NCBI GenBank assembly: GCA_964404025.1
Contig: CAYOIJ010000004.1
Coordinates: forward strand, 782 to 64,781
Length of the DNA: 64,000 nucleotides
Direction of reading: 5' to 3'
Source: an uncultured Pseudomonadales bacterium
GTDB lineage: Bacteria; Patescibacteriota; Microgenomatia; UBA1400; PJMF01
This document shows positions 47,051-56,465 of the stretch, piece after piece. The notes beneath the pieces were generated by a model. That model was given only the letters and a program-made list of their open reading frames with translations. It made no database searches and was not told where the DNA came from. A program made the translations under genes and the position numbers. How positions within the stretch are numbered: the first letter of the stretch is position 1; each line of letters opens with the position of its first letter.

Positions 47051-49013
47051 CTTCTTTGCTCAAATTCTTCTTTAAATCTTGATAAATAATTTGAAAGGTA
47101 TAATTATTTTGGTAAATATTTAGCAAAGAAAATTCTTTAATTTTTTTACTTGTCTTTTCCAAGATTCTGATAAAGTCGCCAACAGCTATTTGTCTTGTTA
47201 AAGTAAAAGTCAATTGTTCGATGATGGCAGCTTGTTGCTTGGGTTTTTGGTAATTAGGATAGAAATTAGCCACTTTTAATAAGTTATTTAATTTGATTTC
47301 AATGCCAACTAATTGTTCGTCTAATAGATGTAGGTAGCCCAATAGCGTTCGTTTTTCTTGATTTTTAATTACTAATTTAGCGCTTTGTTGATAAATAGAA
47401 TGGTTTTTAGCCATAATTTCTTCTACCAAAAGTTCAACTTCATTTTTCTTAAGTACAAAAAACTTTTCTAGCAGCAATTCAAAGTCTCCCTTAACTTGCC
47501 TAAAATTTTTCTGACTAAGCATAGTTAGGTAGCTCTCTTGAAGAGGTAAATCATTTTTACGTGGCTGATAAAGACTAGCAATTTCAAACAGTTGCCAGTC
47601 ACTGCTTTGAGGATGATCTTTAATAATTGTTAATAGCGATGGCAGAATTGATCGGCGCAAATAAGTATTTTCTTCCTTGAGGGGGTTTTGCAACTTTAGG
47701 TGTTGGGTTAAGGAATAGCCAGACATTAGAGCCTCTTCTTCACTAACTAGTGAATAGCTATAAATTTCTTGCCAACCAACATCAGCCAAAAAATTTCTAA
47801 GGCGCTCTTCTAATATAAAAATATTTTGATTAGGTCGGTCCGTGGGAATAGCACTAGCCATTAGTTTACTGGGTAAATTGTGATAGCCATAAATTCGAGC
47901 AATTTCTTCGATGATGTCTGCTGGGATTTCTAAATCAGCTCGATAAGTAGGAGCGATGACCTCTAGTTTTTCTTGTTTACTTTGTTTGAGGGTTTTTACT
48001 TGGCAATCTAAATCTCGCAAAATACTAATAATTTCTGATTTAGGAATTTTTACCCCCAAATATCTTTCAATCATTTCAGTTTTAATAATAATTTTATTTC
48101 CTGTTTTTTTATCTGGAAAATAATCGTAAACTGGGCTAGCCACTTTAATTTTAGCTAATTTTTCTAGCAAGTGAATCGCATACTTGAGGGTTTTTTGAGC
48201 TAAATGCGGATCAACTTTTTTCTCATTTAGCTGTGCAGCCATGGTGCGAATGGCATGGGCCATTGATGCATGACGAACTTTTTGAGGATTGAGTGATTCT
48301 ATCCAAAACAAAATATTTTTAGTATTTTGATCGATGCCAGTATTGAGGGTGCCCTTCACTGCTGGTAAATCAATAATTTCGCCAGCACTATTTTCGAAGA
48401 TAATTTCTCCACCCACTGTTTCATGCATTTCTTTATCTAAGGTAGTAAATTTTTTGCCTGGATGCGCTTCTTTGATAATAATCTTGCCACCCATTGTCAT
48501 AATTTTATCGTAGTCAAAAACATGGCAAGGATGTCCGAGTTCGTGAGTTACATAGTTGCTAACGTCAACCACTACATCGTGGATGTTAATATCTACCGCT
48601 TGTAAGCGATTTTGTATATATTGAGGACTAGCTTGCTGTTTAAAGTCAGTTAAGACGACAGCCATCACTCTTCTTATATGATCTGTTTCATAAATGATTT
48701 CTGGTAGGGGCAAATTATGTTGAGGATGCTTTTTAATTTCTGGATAGTTTTTTTTGATAGAGCGAGCATTAAAACCGGCTCTTTTTAAAATAGTAAGTGC
48801 TTCGCGAGCGATGCCTTCTACTGACATCATGTCTACTCGGTTGCTGGTTACTTCGATATCATAAACGACATCTTTGCTGCCATCAGCAAGCTTGACCGTT
48901 GTGAGGTGTTCCACAGAAGGGCCGCTGAGAGAGATATATTTTTGGATATCTTTGGGTTTAGCTTTGCTGCTTAGGTGTTCATTTAACCAGCTATGTGGGA
49001 TTAATATATTCAT
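46974..49013 (-). CDS. pheT: Phenylalanyl-tRNA synthetase beta subunit (short form)
   Basis: B3/B4 and B5 regions and a C-terminal anticodon-binding-like domain; immediately downstream of pheS. Confidence 0.85.
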   Translation of the reverse strand: MNILIPHSWLNEHLSSKAKPKDIQKYISLSGPSVEHLTTVKLADGSKDVVYDIEVTSNRVDMMSVEGIAREALTILKRAGFNARSIKKNYPEIKKHPQHNLPLPEIIYETDHIRRVMAVVLTDFKQQASPQYIQNRLQAVDINIHDVVVDVSNYVTHELGHPCHVFDYDKIMTMGGKIIIKEAHPGKKFTTLDKEMHETVGGEIIFENSAGEIIDLPAVKGTLNTGIDQNTKNILFWIESLNPQKVRHASMAHAIRTMAAQLNEKKVDPHLAQKTLKYAIHLLEKLAKIKVASPVYDYFPDKKTGNKIIIKTEMIERYLGVKIPKSEIISILRDLDCQVKTLKQSKQEKLEVIAPTYRADLEIPADIIEEIARIYGYHNLPSKLMASAIPTDRPNQNIFILEERLRNFLADVGWQEIYSYSLVSEEEALMSGYSLTQHLKLQNPLKEENTYLRRSILPSLLTIIKDHPQSSDWQLFEIASLYQPRKNDLPLQESYLTMLSQKNFRQVKGDFELLLEKFFVLKKNEVELLVEEIMAKNHSIYQQSAKLVIKNQEKRTLLGYLHLLDEQLVGIEIKLNNLLKVANFYPNYQKPKQQAAIIEQLTFTLTRQIAVGDFIRILEKTSKKIKEFSLLNIYQNNYTFQIIYQDLKKNLSKEDVEPIRQKVVDLAQKKFQAQLVGEI

Positions 49014-49043
49014 TGTTTCTTTATTTTTTCAATATTTTTATTT

Positions 49044-50108
49044 TTAAAACTGTTCTAAAAATTCTTTGTTGGCTGAATAAAAAAGGCGGATATCATCAAT
49101 ATTTAAACCTTGTTTGAGTGTGTAGCTTCTCTCTACTCCCCAACCAAAAGCAAAACCCTGATATTGTTCGCTATCGATACCACCTGCTTTTAAAACGTTG
49201 GGATGAACCATGCCTGCCCCACCAACCTCATGCCAACCAGATTTGCAAAAGCGACACTTAACTTTTTTATTATTTTCGTCTTTGATGTAACCACTGCCAG
49301 CACAAATCTGACAACTAAAATCAACTTCAAAAGAAGGTTCGGTAAATTGAAAGTGAAAAGGACGAATGCGACTTTTAGTTTTGGGTCCAAAAAATTCTTT
49401 AGCAAAGTAATCAATGGTGCCTTTGAGGTGTTGAATATTGATGTTTTTATCAACCACTAGACCTTCAAATTGATGAAACATTTGGGTGTGGGTGTTGTCA
49501 CTCTGTCGTCTGTAGCAGCGACTAATATTGATCATGCGAATGGGTGGCTTGCCTTTTACTCTCTCCATTTCTCTAACTTGACCATTGGAGGTGTGAGTAG
49601 TCAACACCATTTTTCCTAATTTAGGATGAGCAGGAGTGTCAACAAAAAAAGTTTCCCACCCATCTCTGGCAGGATGATTAGCTGGCATGTTTAATGCAGC
49701 AAAAACATAGTGGTCCCAGTCAACTTCGGGGTAGCGACCGCGAATAAATCCAATATTTTCGAAAATTCGACTAATTTCTTCAATGGCTTGTGAAACTGGA
49801 TGTACGTGACCCAGTTTTTGTTTAATACCAGGCAGACTAAGATCAAGATGCTCTTGAGAGACAGTTTGGGTTTGCTGGCGATTGTGCAGCTCTTTTTCCA
49901 AATCCTTTTTTAATTGATTGAGGGTTTGACCAAAATCCTTTTTTTCTTGATTTTTGAGGATTTTAATTTGGCCAGCCAGTTGTTTGAAAAGTCCCTTTTT
50001 TCCAAGATATTTAATATTTAGTTGTTCAAGATCAACAGTATTTTTTTCTTTAGTCAATTGGACTAGAAGTTCTTGGCTTTGTTTAACTAAATCTTGGTAT
50101 TTAGACAT
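49044..50108 (-). CDS. pheS: Phenylalanyl-tRNA synthetase alpha subunit
   Basis: Class II motifs; 'FQFTEPSFEVD...GGAGMVHPNVL...GFAFGWGVER' with a CxxC...CxxC zinc-ribbon insertion. Confidence 0.9.
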   Translation of the reverse strand: MSKYQDLVKQSQELLVQLTKEKNTVDLEQLNIKYLGKKGLFKQLAGQIKILKNQEKKDFGQTLNQLKKDLEKELHNRQQTQTVSQEHLDLSLPGIKQKLGHVHPVSQAIEEISRIFENIGFIRGRYPEVDWDHYVFAALNMPANHPARDGWETFFVDTPAHPKLGKMVLTTHTSNGQVREMERVKGKPPIRMINISRCYRRQSDNTHTQMFHQFEGLVVDKNINIQHLKGTIDYFAKEFFGPKTKSRIRPFHFQFTEPSFEVDFSCQICAGSGYIKDENNKKVKCRFCKSGWHEVGGAGMVHPNVLKAGGIDSEQYQGFAFGWGVERSYTLKQGLNIDDIRLFYSANKEFLEQF

Positions 50109-50163
50109 GTTTCTTAAACTTTCTGCATCTGTATTTTAACAGTTTTCATAAAAATTGACCAAA

Positions 50164-50352
50164 CTACTTAAAATTACACAGACCGAGGCGACAGATTTTT
50201 GCCAGGCGATGGAGTTTGGGGCCACTTTGTTGCAGTAAAGGATCGTACTGATTTGGCAGATCTAAATTTAGTAATTTAGCTTCAAGTAAATTAAGAGTTA
50301 ATGTATCGCTCTCAATTTTTTTTTGTCTTTCTTTATTTTTTTCTTTCATCAT
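50164..50352 (-). CDS. Questionable small ORF in the rplT-pheS leader region
   Basis: 62-aa ORF downstream of a terminator hairpin; no homology recognised; may be a non-coding leader. Confidence 0.15.
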   Translation of the reverse strand: MMKEKNKERQKKIESDTLTLNLLEAKLLNLDLPNQYDPLLQQSGPKLHRLAKICRLGLCNFK

Positions 50353-50367
50353 TTTTCATTTTTCAAT

Positions 50368-50402
50368 TAAAAAACCCCGCTGAGTGGCGGGGTTTTGTTT
50401 TT
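50368..50402 (-). terminator. GC-rich intrinsic terminator/attenuator hairpin between rplT and pheS
   Basis: CCCCGC-tgagtg-GCGGGG with T/A tracts on both sides; on the minus strand it is followed by TTTTTT. Confidence 0.6.
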
Positions 50403-50486
50403 ATATATAATTACAAGAACATTACCCCGCTCTTCGTTTAAAGAACTTTTGCATTAAGCAATGATAAGGTAATATCTGTGACAAAT

Positions 50487-50861
50487 TCATGGACATTTAT
50501 TTATATACTTATTTTGTGTTTTGACAACAATTTCTTTAAAGGTATCAAAATCACGAATAGCCAATTCACTCAACATTTTTCGATTAAGAGCAATTTTGGC
50601 AGTTTTTAAATTATTGATAAAGCGAGAATAATTAAATTGTTGGTTGATTTTTTTTAGTCCAGCATTAATCCGAATAATCCAAAGCTTGCGCATATCACGC
50701 TTACGCAGTTTACGCCCAATATAGGCATATTGGCCAGCATGCAGTGAAGCTTCTTTGGCTCTTTTATATAAACGACTATTAGTGCCACGAAAACCTTTAG
50801 TTAATTTAAGGACTTTTTTATGGCGACGACGTCTAATAACGCCTGTTCTTGTTCTTGACAT
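50487..50861 (-). CDS. rplT: 50S ribosomal protein L20
   Basis: 'MSRTRTGVIRRRRHKKVLKLTKGFRG' is the L20 N-terminus. Confidence 0.9.
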   Translation of the reverse strand: MSRTRTGVIRRRRHKKVLKLTKGFRGTNSRLYKRAKEASLHAGQYAYIGRKLRKRDMRKLWIIRINAGLKKINQQFNYSRFINNLKTAKIALNRKMLSELAIRDFDTFKEIVVKTQNKYINKCP

Positions 50862-50878
50862 AATAACTTTCTAAGAAT

Positions 50879-51082
50879 TTATTCGAGACCCAACATTCTT
50901 TTAATTTTTTTAGCGTAAGGTGCTTTAACTTCAACTGGAATACGATAATTACGAATGGCTTTTTTGCTCTTGTTACGGCGCAGATGGCGACGGTTTTGAA
51001 TTCGACGCATTACTTTTCCGGTACCAGTAATATGAAAACGACGAGACACACCCTTTCTGGTTTTAACCTTGATTTTTTTCAT
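50879..51082 (-). CDS. rpmI: 50S ribosomal protein L35
   Basis: 'MKKIKVKTRKGVSRRFHITGTGKVMRR' is the L35 signature. Confidence 0.9.
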   Translation of the reverse strand: MKKIKVKTRKGVSRRFHITGTGKVMRRIQNRRHLRRNKSKKAIRNYRIPVEVKAPYAKKIKRMLGLE

Positions 51083-51084
51083 AA

Positions 51085-51648
51085 TTATCCTTGTTTTTTA
51101 CTTTCTTTGCCCAGTGGGGCAAGTTGAGCCTGAAGCTTTTTGCCTAGCAATCTGGCTTCAACTTCAACTTTTGCGAGATCTTCTGTGTCCTTAAAGATTT
51201 TGGCAAAAATTTCATAGCCAGCCTCCTTATAGGCAATTTGTCGTCCTTTAAAGAAGAGAGTGATTTTAACCTTATGACCTTTACTCAAAAAATCTCGCAA
51301 TTGTTTGAGTCTGGTTTGGTAGTCACCTTCTCCCATAACCGGTGAGAAACGCAATTCTTTAAGATCTTGAACTTTTGACCTCTTTCGATTATCAGCCTCT
51401 TTTTTCTTGAGTTGATACTTGAATTTTGATAATTCAATAATCTTAACGATTGGTGGTTTAGCTTTGTCTGTGATTAAGACTAAGTCTTTATCTGCGTCCA
51501 TTGCTTTTTGAAAAGCTTCTCTGGACGACATGATTCCCACCATTTCTCCATGTTCTGTTAAAACGCGCACTTCGGGAAAACGAATGTTAGTATTCGCTTT
51601 CACAAATAAGTTGTCTTTTTTATGTTTGTTGTATTTTCTTCTGATCAC
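51085..51648 (-). CDS. infC: Translation initiation factor IF-3
   Basis: 'IRFPEVRVLTEHGEMVGIMSSREAFQKAMDADKDLVLI' aligns with the IF3 N-domain. The start codon at 51648 is GTG (followed by ATC), with no ATG. Confidence 0.85.
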   Translation of the reverse strand: MIRRKYNKHKKDNLFVKANTNIRFPEVRVLTEHGEMVGIMSSREAFQKAMDADKDLVLITDKAKPPIVKIIELSKFKYQLKKKEADNRKRSKVQDLKELRFSPVMGEGDYQTRLKQLRDFLSKGHKVKITLFFKGRQIAYKEAGYEIFAKIFKDTEDLAKVEVEARLLGKKLQAQLAPLGKESKKQG

Positions 51649-51825
51649 CTGAGGTCTAGAATTATACTATAAATTAAACAAAAAACCAGTAAGCAATCTC
51701 TGGAAAAGATTACTAACTTTAGTTACTATTGTAAACTCTAGAACTTATTATAACATGACTTGCTAGACAGAAAGCAGATTGATTTGCAGGTGTGCATCGA
51801 GTATAATTCAAAACGTTTGCTGATC

Positions 51826-51899
51826 GAGCTTGTAGCTCAGTTGGTTAGAGCGCTTCGTTGACATCGAAGAGGTCAGAGGTTCGAGTCCTCTCAAGCTCA
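51826..51899 (+). tRNA. tRNA-Val (anticodon GAC)
   Basis: Manual cloverleaf: acceptor GAGCTTG/CAAGCTC, D-arm GCTC-AGTTGGTTA-GAGC, anticodon stem CTTCG/CGAAG with loop TTGACAT, T-arm AGAGG-TTCGAGT-CCTCT, discriminator A. Confidence 0.85.
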
Positions 51900-51926
51900 C
51901 TTTTTATTTATTAATAAAGTGACTTT

Positions 51927-52499
51927 ATGAGTGAAGAAAACAATTTAATTATCAAAGAGTTGCCTAGCAATTACTATTACAATGGCAACCCAGAAATAGT
52001 TATTAATCGAGTAGCTGATTTAGCAAGGCTAAATGGTAACCCAGAATTAAGTGAGAAAAAAGCCTTAATGGTTAGAGAAGTGCTAACTTTTTGTCCTGTC
52101 CCTTTTTTAAACGAATTGATAGAGGCGCTAGAAACCCCCAGCGATGCGACTGTAGAGCTTTTAATCGATAGGGCCAGTCATGGTGAAATTAATTTAAAAA
52201 CTAATAATACTTTAAGTGCAGAACAAAAAAATCAAATTAGCACTTTAGCTTTTAATTTATTGACCGAGAAAATAAATAACTCTAGTGCGGAGGAACTTTT
52301 ACCGATTTTATATTTTATCAGGGAATACATCTCGGTTCAAAAAGCAAGAGAAAACGAAACTAATCAAAAAATCATGAAAATCGAAGAACAAGTGGGACAT
52401 TTACGAAAAGAAGTTGAGTTTGAGAAAGATAATTTAAAACAAGATCAAGAAAATTTGTTTTTGCTTTTTATTCAAAAACTCAACAACTCTAATTTTTAA
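51927..52499 (+). CDS. Hypothetical protein (190 aa)
   Basis: ORF with an N/E/L-rich alpha-helical product; no family recognised. Confidence 0.35.
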   Translation: MSEENNLIIKELPSNYYYNGNPEIVINRVADLARLNGNPELSEKKALMVREVLTFCPVPFLNELIEALETPSDATVELLIDRASHGEINLKTNNTLSAEQKNQISTLAFNLLTEKINNSSAEELLPILYFIREYISVQKARENETNQKIMKIEEQVGHLRKEVEFEKDNLKQDQENLFLLFIQKLNNSNF

Positions 52500-53191
52500 G
52501 CACCCATATTCATGCCGAAGTTTTTCTCACTACCCATCGCGTCATGAACATTTTTACTATTTTTAAAGTTAAAAGCGCTGCCTCGCCCTCGCTTACCTTT
52601 GCCAGAAACTTGTGACATCCAAGTCTGGGCACTATGAACCTGCTTGCGCAGGAGCATAATCCATTCGCGTAATTTATGAAAAAAGTTGAAGAAACCAATG
52701 CCACTGGTACCTGGATCAACCACTTCTCTAGTTAGTGCTAAATCAATTTCTTTATCTAAATTTTTAATGTCTTGAGCCAACATTTTTAATTCTTCTCTGG
52801 TGGCTTGTAATTCTTCTAGATTTTTTTCAGCTTGAGCCGAAAAAACCTCATGGGTTTCAACGGGGTTGATTTGATCATGGAGTTTTTGACGCAAACTATC
52901 TTTTTTTTGCTGAGCAAGCATTTCTGCCTGTTTTTTTAGAGAGAGTTCTTCTTCTAATTGATTGGGAAACTTTCCTCCGGCCTGACTTAGGGCTTGAGCA
53001 AAAGGATTTAGTTTTTGTTTTTTTGCTTCTTCAGTTTGGGGACTGGGTGAACTAGTAAGGTTTTTTTCGCTTTCCAAAAGAGCTCGAGCGAGAGATTGGT
53101 TTCGCTGAGCTGTTGCTTTGCTGCCAGCGGAGTTAGTATTATTTTGATTCAAGTTATTCATGATTGTAGCGTGATTAAAAAAAAAGGACAA
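52496..53191 (-). CDS. Hypothetical coiled-coil protein (231 aa)
   Basis: Q/N-rich N-terminus, a central coiled coil (LEELQATREELKMLAQDIKNLDKEIDL), and a C-terminal 'GFFNFFHKLREWIMLLRK' segment. Confidence 0.35.
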   Translation of the reverse strand: MSFFFNHATIMNNLNQNNTNSAGSKATAQRNQSLARALLESEKNLTSSPSPQTEEAKKQKLNPFAQALSQAGGKFPNQLEEELSLKKQAEMLAQQKKDSLRQKLHDQINPVETHEVFSAQAEKNLEELQATREELKMLAQDIKNLDKEIDLALTREVVDPGTSGIGFFNFFHKLREWIMLLRKQVHSAQTWMSQVSGKGKRGRGSAFNFKNSKNVHDAMGSEKNFGMNMGA

Positions 53192-53285
53192 GAAAGACTA
53201 GGTTTTAATCAAACTTCGAATATATATTATAAGATCAAAGTAGTGCAAAGTCAAACTTTACCTCTGGTGAAAAGAAGTAAAAAAC

Positions 53286-54305
53286 TTATTTCTTTAATAA
53301 GCTTTCAATTGTTTGTCGGCGCAGCAATTGAGCTTTAAAGCTGTTGAGATATTGCTCATGACTGCTAATTTGTTTTCGTAGTTTTTCATCTTCGATGGCA
53401 TCTAGAGCTGTTTTGAGAGCACTATCTTCCACCTTGATTTTTCGCTCTTTAGCGATAGCTGCCAAAATGAAATCAATTTGTAAGCGATTAAGTACGGTGC
53501 CAGCCAATTCATTGCTTAGCTCTTCAAGACTAACCTGCCTCTTTTTTAAGTAGTCCTCAATAGAAATTTTGTAAGAACTTAACTGTTCTTTGAGTTTTTC
53601 AAATTCTGCTTGAGTTTCACGGCGCAGTAACAGCTCACCGATACTTGGACGGATATTGACCACTAATTCGCGTAAAATATGTTGGTAATAAATTTCTTTT
53701 TCCTGATCTGGAGAAAGCTTTTGAGCTTGGGGTGTTTCTTTTTTATCTTTAGCTTGAATTTTTGTATCTTTTTTTACAGTTTCTTTTTTGATTTTATCAT
53801 TGTGTTCTTTGATAAATTTAGCAGCAGCTTTTTTGCCGCTAGCCAGATATTTTTCATAATCTTTTAGCTCAATGGCGGGGGCTTCACAAAAATGAGCTTC
53901 TAAAACCCAATCTTCTCCCTTTTTTATCGATGCTAAATGATATTCTGGAGCAGTAATGGGCTGTTTTTTTGTTGCTTTTAGGGCTGCTATATATTTTTTT
54001 GGTAAAAGTTCTCGTAAAACTGTTTCAGCGATTTTTTCTAAGGAAACTTGTTTTTCTACAATATCTAAAGGTGCTTTTCCTTGGCGAAACCCCTCAATCT
54101 TCATGCTTTTTGCCAAATTGGCCACAGCTGAGCGATAAGGTTTTTCTAATTCTGACCAAGGAATAGTAACGCGCAAACTATCATTACTGGCAATTAAAGA
54201 TTTTTTTTCTGGTTCTTGTTTAACCTTTGTTTTGGAAGCAGATTTAGTTTTGTCTGCACTTGCTTTTTTAGCACTGGGTTTTTTTTTGGTTTGTGTTTTA
54301 GCCAT
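53286..54305 (-). CDS. tig: Trigger factor (short form, lysine-rich N-terminal tail, apparently no PPIase domain)
   Basis: 'RVTIPWSELEKPYRSAVANLAKSMKIEGFRQGKAPLDIVEKQ' aligns with the TF ribosome-binding N-domain, including the GFRxGxxP signature. 339 aa, with a ~35-aa K-rich leader. Confidence 0.6.
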   Translation of the reverse strand: MAKTQTKKKPSAKKASADKTKSASKTKVKQEPEKKSLIASNDSLRVTIPWSELEKPYRSAVANLAKSMKIEGFRQGKAPLDIVEKQVSLEKIAETVLRELLPKKYIAALKATKKQPITAPEYHLASIKKGEDWVLEAHFCEAPAIELKDYEKYLASGKKAAAKFIKEHNDKIKKETVKKDTKIQAKDKKETPQAQKLSPDQEKEIYYQHILRELVVNIRPSIGELLLRRETQAEFEKLKEQLSSYKISIEDYLKKRQVSLEELSNELAGTVLNRLQIDFILAAIAKERKIKVEDSALKTALDAIEDEKLRKQISSHEQYLNSFKAQLLRRQTIESLLKK

Positions 54306-54525
54306 AGGTGTGCATTATACCTTATGACTCAAGCCCTGATTAGGGTCGTTATTTCTCGGAAATCTAAAAAAGCATGTAAACAAAAGGACTAACTGGAGAG
54401 GTAGTTGAAAAGATGACTAAAAAGCCAAAAATAATAAAAATAATGACTGGAGGAATTAACCACCAATTGCGTTTTTGCCAAAGATATTCAAGTAGTTCTT
54501 TAAACATAATAACTATTTTCTTAAT

Positions 54526-56229
54526 TTATTTACTTACAATATATTGGTCAATCACCAAATGATCAATATCAGTTTGCAGAAAACAACTAATGGCATCTTG
54601 TGGAGTGCAAACTATTGGCTCGCCGCGCACATTAAAAGAAGTATTAATAAAAATGGGAATACCAGTTTTTTTAAAATAAGCTTCTAGAAGATCATAATAA
54701 AGAGGATTGTCACCGCGAGCGAGTGTTTCGGGACGGCCACTGCCGTCCACATGAACAACTGCAGGCACTAATTTTTTGGCTTTTTCCCTGAAAGGATGAA
54801 CGGTTAGCATCCATTTTAGTGAGGGGGAAAAATACTTGTCCATATGAAAGTATTTATTAGCTTCAGACTCAATAACGACAGGTGCAAAGGGCCTAAATAA
54901 CTCTCGCTTCTTGACCTTTGCATTAATAATATCTCGCATTTCTTCAGTTTTGGCGCTAGCCAAAATACTTCGATTACCAAGCGCACGCGGTCCCCATTCT
55001 ACCCGGCCCTGAAACCAGCCGATGACTTTTTGCTGAACAATTAAATCACTGACTTGCTTGATTAATTGCTGTTTGTTGCTGATCAATTGATATTTCAATC
55101 CCGCTTCTTTTAGAGCATGCCCAACTTGATACCAAGAATAAGCAGGACCGAGGTAGGGGTGAAAATCGTGATTATTTTTAGCGACTTGTTCGCCCAAACT
55201 AGCTGCCAACTCTAAAGCTGCTCCCATAGCCCCACCACCATCACCTGGATCTGGTGGGATAAAGAATTTTTTAAAACTAGTATTTTGTAAAATTTTACCA
55301 TTCATAACGGAGTTGAGTGCAACACCGCCAGCTAAACATAAATTTTCAGTTTGGTATTTTTTTTGCACTTGACTGAGTAAATTAAAAACGACTTCTTCTA
55401 ATTTGCTTTGTAGTGCCGCTGCAATATCTTTATGATGCTGAAGAATTTTTGCCTCTTTTTGACGAATTGGATGTCCAAACAAATCAATTAATTTTTTACT
55501 AGGCATTTGTTCTCGCCAAACGAAGTCAAAAAACTCCATGTTTAGTTTGAAACTACCGTCAGCAAAAATTTCAATAATTTGGTCAAAATGTTTTTTAAAA
55601 GGTTTTGCATTGCCATAAGAAGCCAGGCCCATGACCTTATATTCAGCGTCGTTAGCCTCAAAACCTAAATAGGTGGTAAAGGTGCTGTAAAGCAAACCAA
55701 GTGAATCGGGAAAATGTATTTCTTTGTCTAGTCTAATTTTGTCATTTTTTCCCAGTCCAATGCTAGTAGTAGTCCACTCACCTACTCCGTCAATGTTGAC
55801 GATGGCTGCTTTTTTAAAGCCTGATAAGTAATAAGAACTAGCGGCATGAGAAAGATGATGCTTGATGTAGCGAATTGGTCCATGATAGTGAAGTTCTTCT
55901 TTAAAAGTTTTACTCAAATTAAGTTTTTCATTAAACCAGGGGGCCATATATCTAATGAATTGACCCAGACTTTTGGGGAAATACTCAAGGTGTTGGCTAA
56001 TAACTCTTTCAAATTTAACCAGGGGTTTCTCATAAAAAGCCACATAATCAATTTCTTTAGCTGCTATACCCAGTTCTTTTAAACAAAAATCTATAGCTAA
56101 TTTTGGAAAACGATTGTCGTGTTTTACTCGAGAAAAACGCTCTTCTGCAGCTGCAGCAATGATTTTTCCATCTTTAATCAAGCAAGCTGCGCTATCATGA
56201 TAGTAGCAAGAGATGCCTAAAATAATCAT
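54526..56229 (-). CDS. Carbamoyltransferase (NodU/CmcH family)
   Basis: 'ILGISCYYHDSAACLIKDGKIIAAAAEERFSRVKHD' Kae1/YgjD-like N-domain and a carbamoyltransferase C-domain; 567 aa. Confidence 0.8.
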   Translation of the reverse strand: MIILGISCYYHDSAACLIKDGKIIAAAAEERFSRVKHDNRFPKLAIDFCLKELGIAAKEIDYVAFYEKPLVKFERVISQHLEYFPKSLGQFIRYMAPWFNEKLNLSKTFKEELHYHGPIRYIKHHLSHAASSYYLSGFKKAAIVNIDGVGEWTTTSIGLGKNDKIRLDKEIHFPDSLGLLYSTFTTYLGFEANDAEYKVMGLASYGNAKPFKKHFDQIIEIFADGSFKLNMEFFDFVWREQMPSKKLIDLFGHPIRQKEAKILQHHKDIAAALQSKLEEVVFNLLSQVQKKYQTENLCLAGGVALNSVMNGKILQNTSFKKFFIPPDPGDGGGAMGAALELAASLGEQVAKNNHDFHPYLGPAYSWYQVGHALKEAGLKYQLISNKQQLIKQVSDLIVQQKVIGWFQGRVEWGPRALGNRSILASAKTEEMRDIINAKVKKRELFRPFAPVVIESEANKYFHMDKYFSPSLKWMLTVHPFREKAKKLVPAVVHVDGSGRPETLARGDNPLYYDLLEAYFKKTGIPIFINTSFNVRGEPIVCTPQDAISCFLQTDIDHLVIDQYIVSK

Positions 56230-56453
56230 TAATACATTTTTTCTAAACTGACACTGGAGTGTTTTTGGAGATCAATTTTTTGCCAGTTACTATTTTTATG
56301 CTTTTTATTTAAAAATTTTTTACCAACAATCTTAGCCACCACAGCACTTAAGCCAACGCCAAAGAAATAAATAACGATCAGAGTGAATTGAGTGAATTTT
56401 TTTTCAGCAAATTTTCGCCAATTTACAAAAAAATCACTAATAGCCTTTTTCAT
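56229..56453 (-). CDS. Small membrane protein (74 aa)
   Basis: Single TM helix 'LIVIYFFGVGLSAVVAKIV'; its stop abuts the carbamoyltransferase start. Confidence 0.3.
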   Translation of the reverse strand: MKKAISDFFVNWRKFAEKKFTQFTLIVIYFFGVGLSAVVAKIVGKKFLNKKHKNSNWQKIDLQKHSSVSLEKMY

Positions 56454-56465
56454 AAATTTTGCAAA

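Noticed and set aside
50109-50486. T-box riboswitch or Phe-rich leader peptide upstream of pheS
   Set aside because: There is no T-box core (GGGTGG...ACCGCG) on the minus strand and the only small ORF is not Phe-rich. Only a terminator hairpin is supported.
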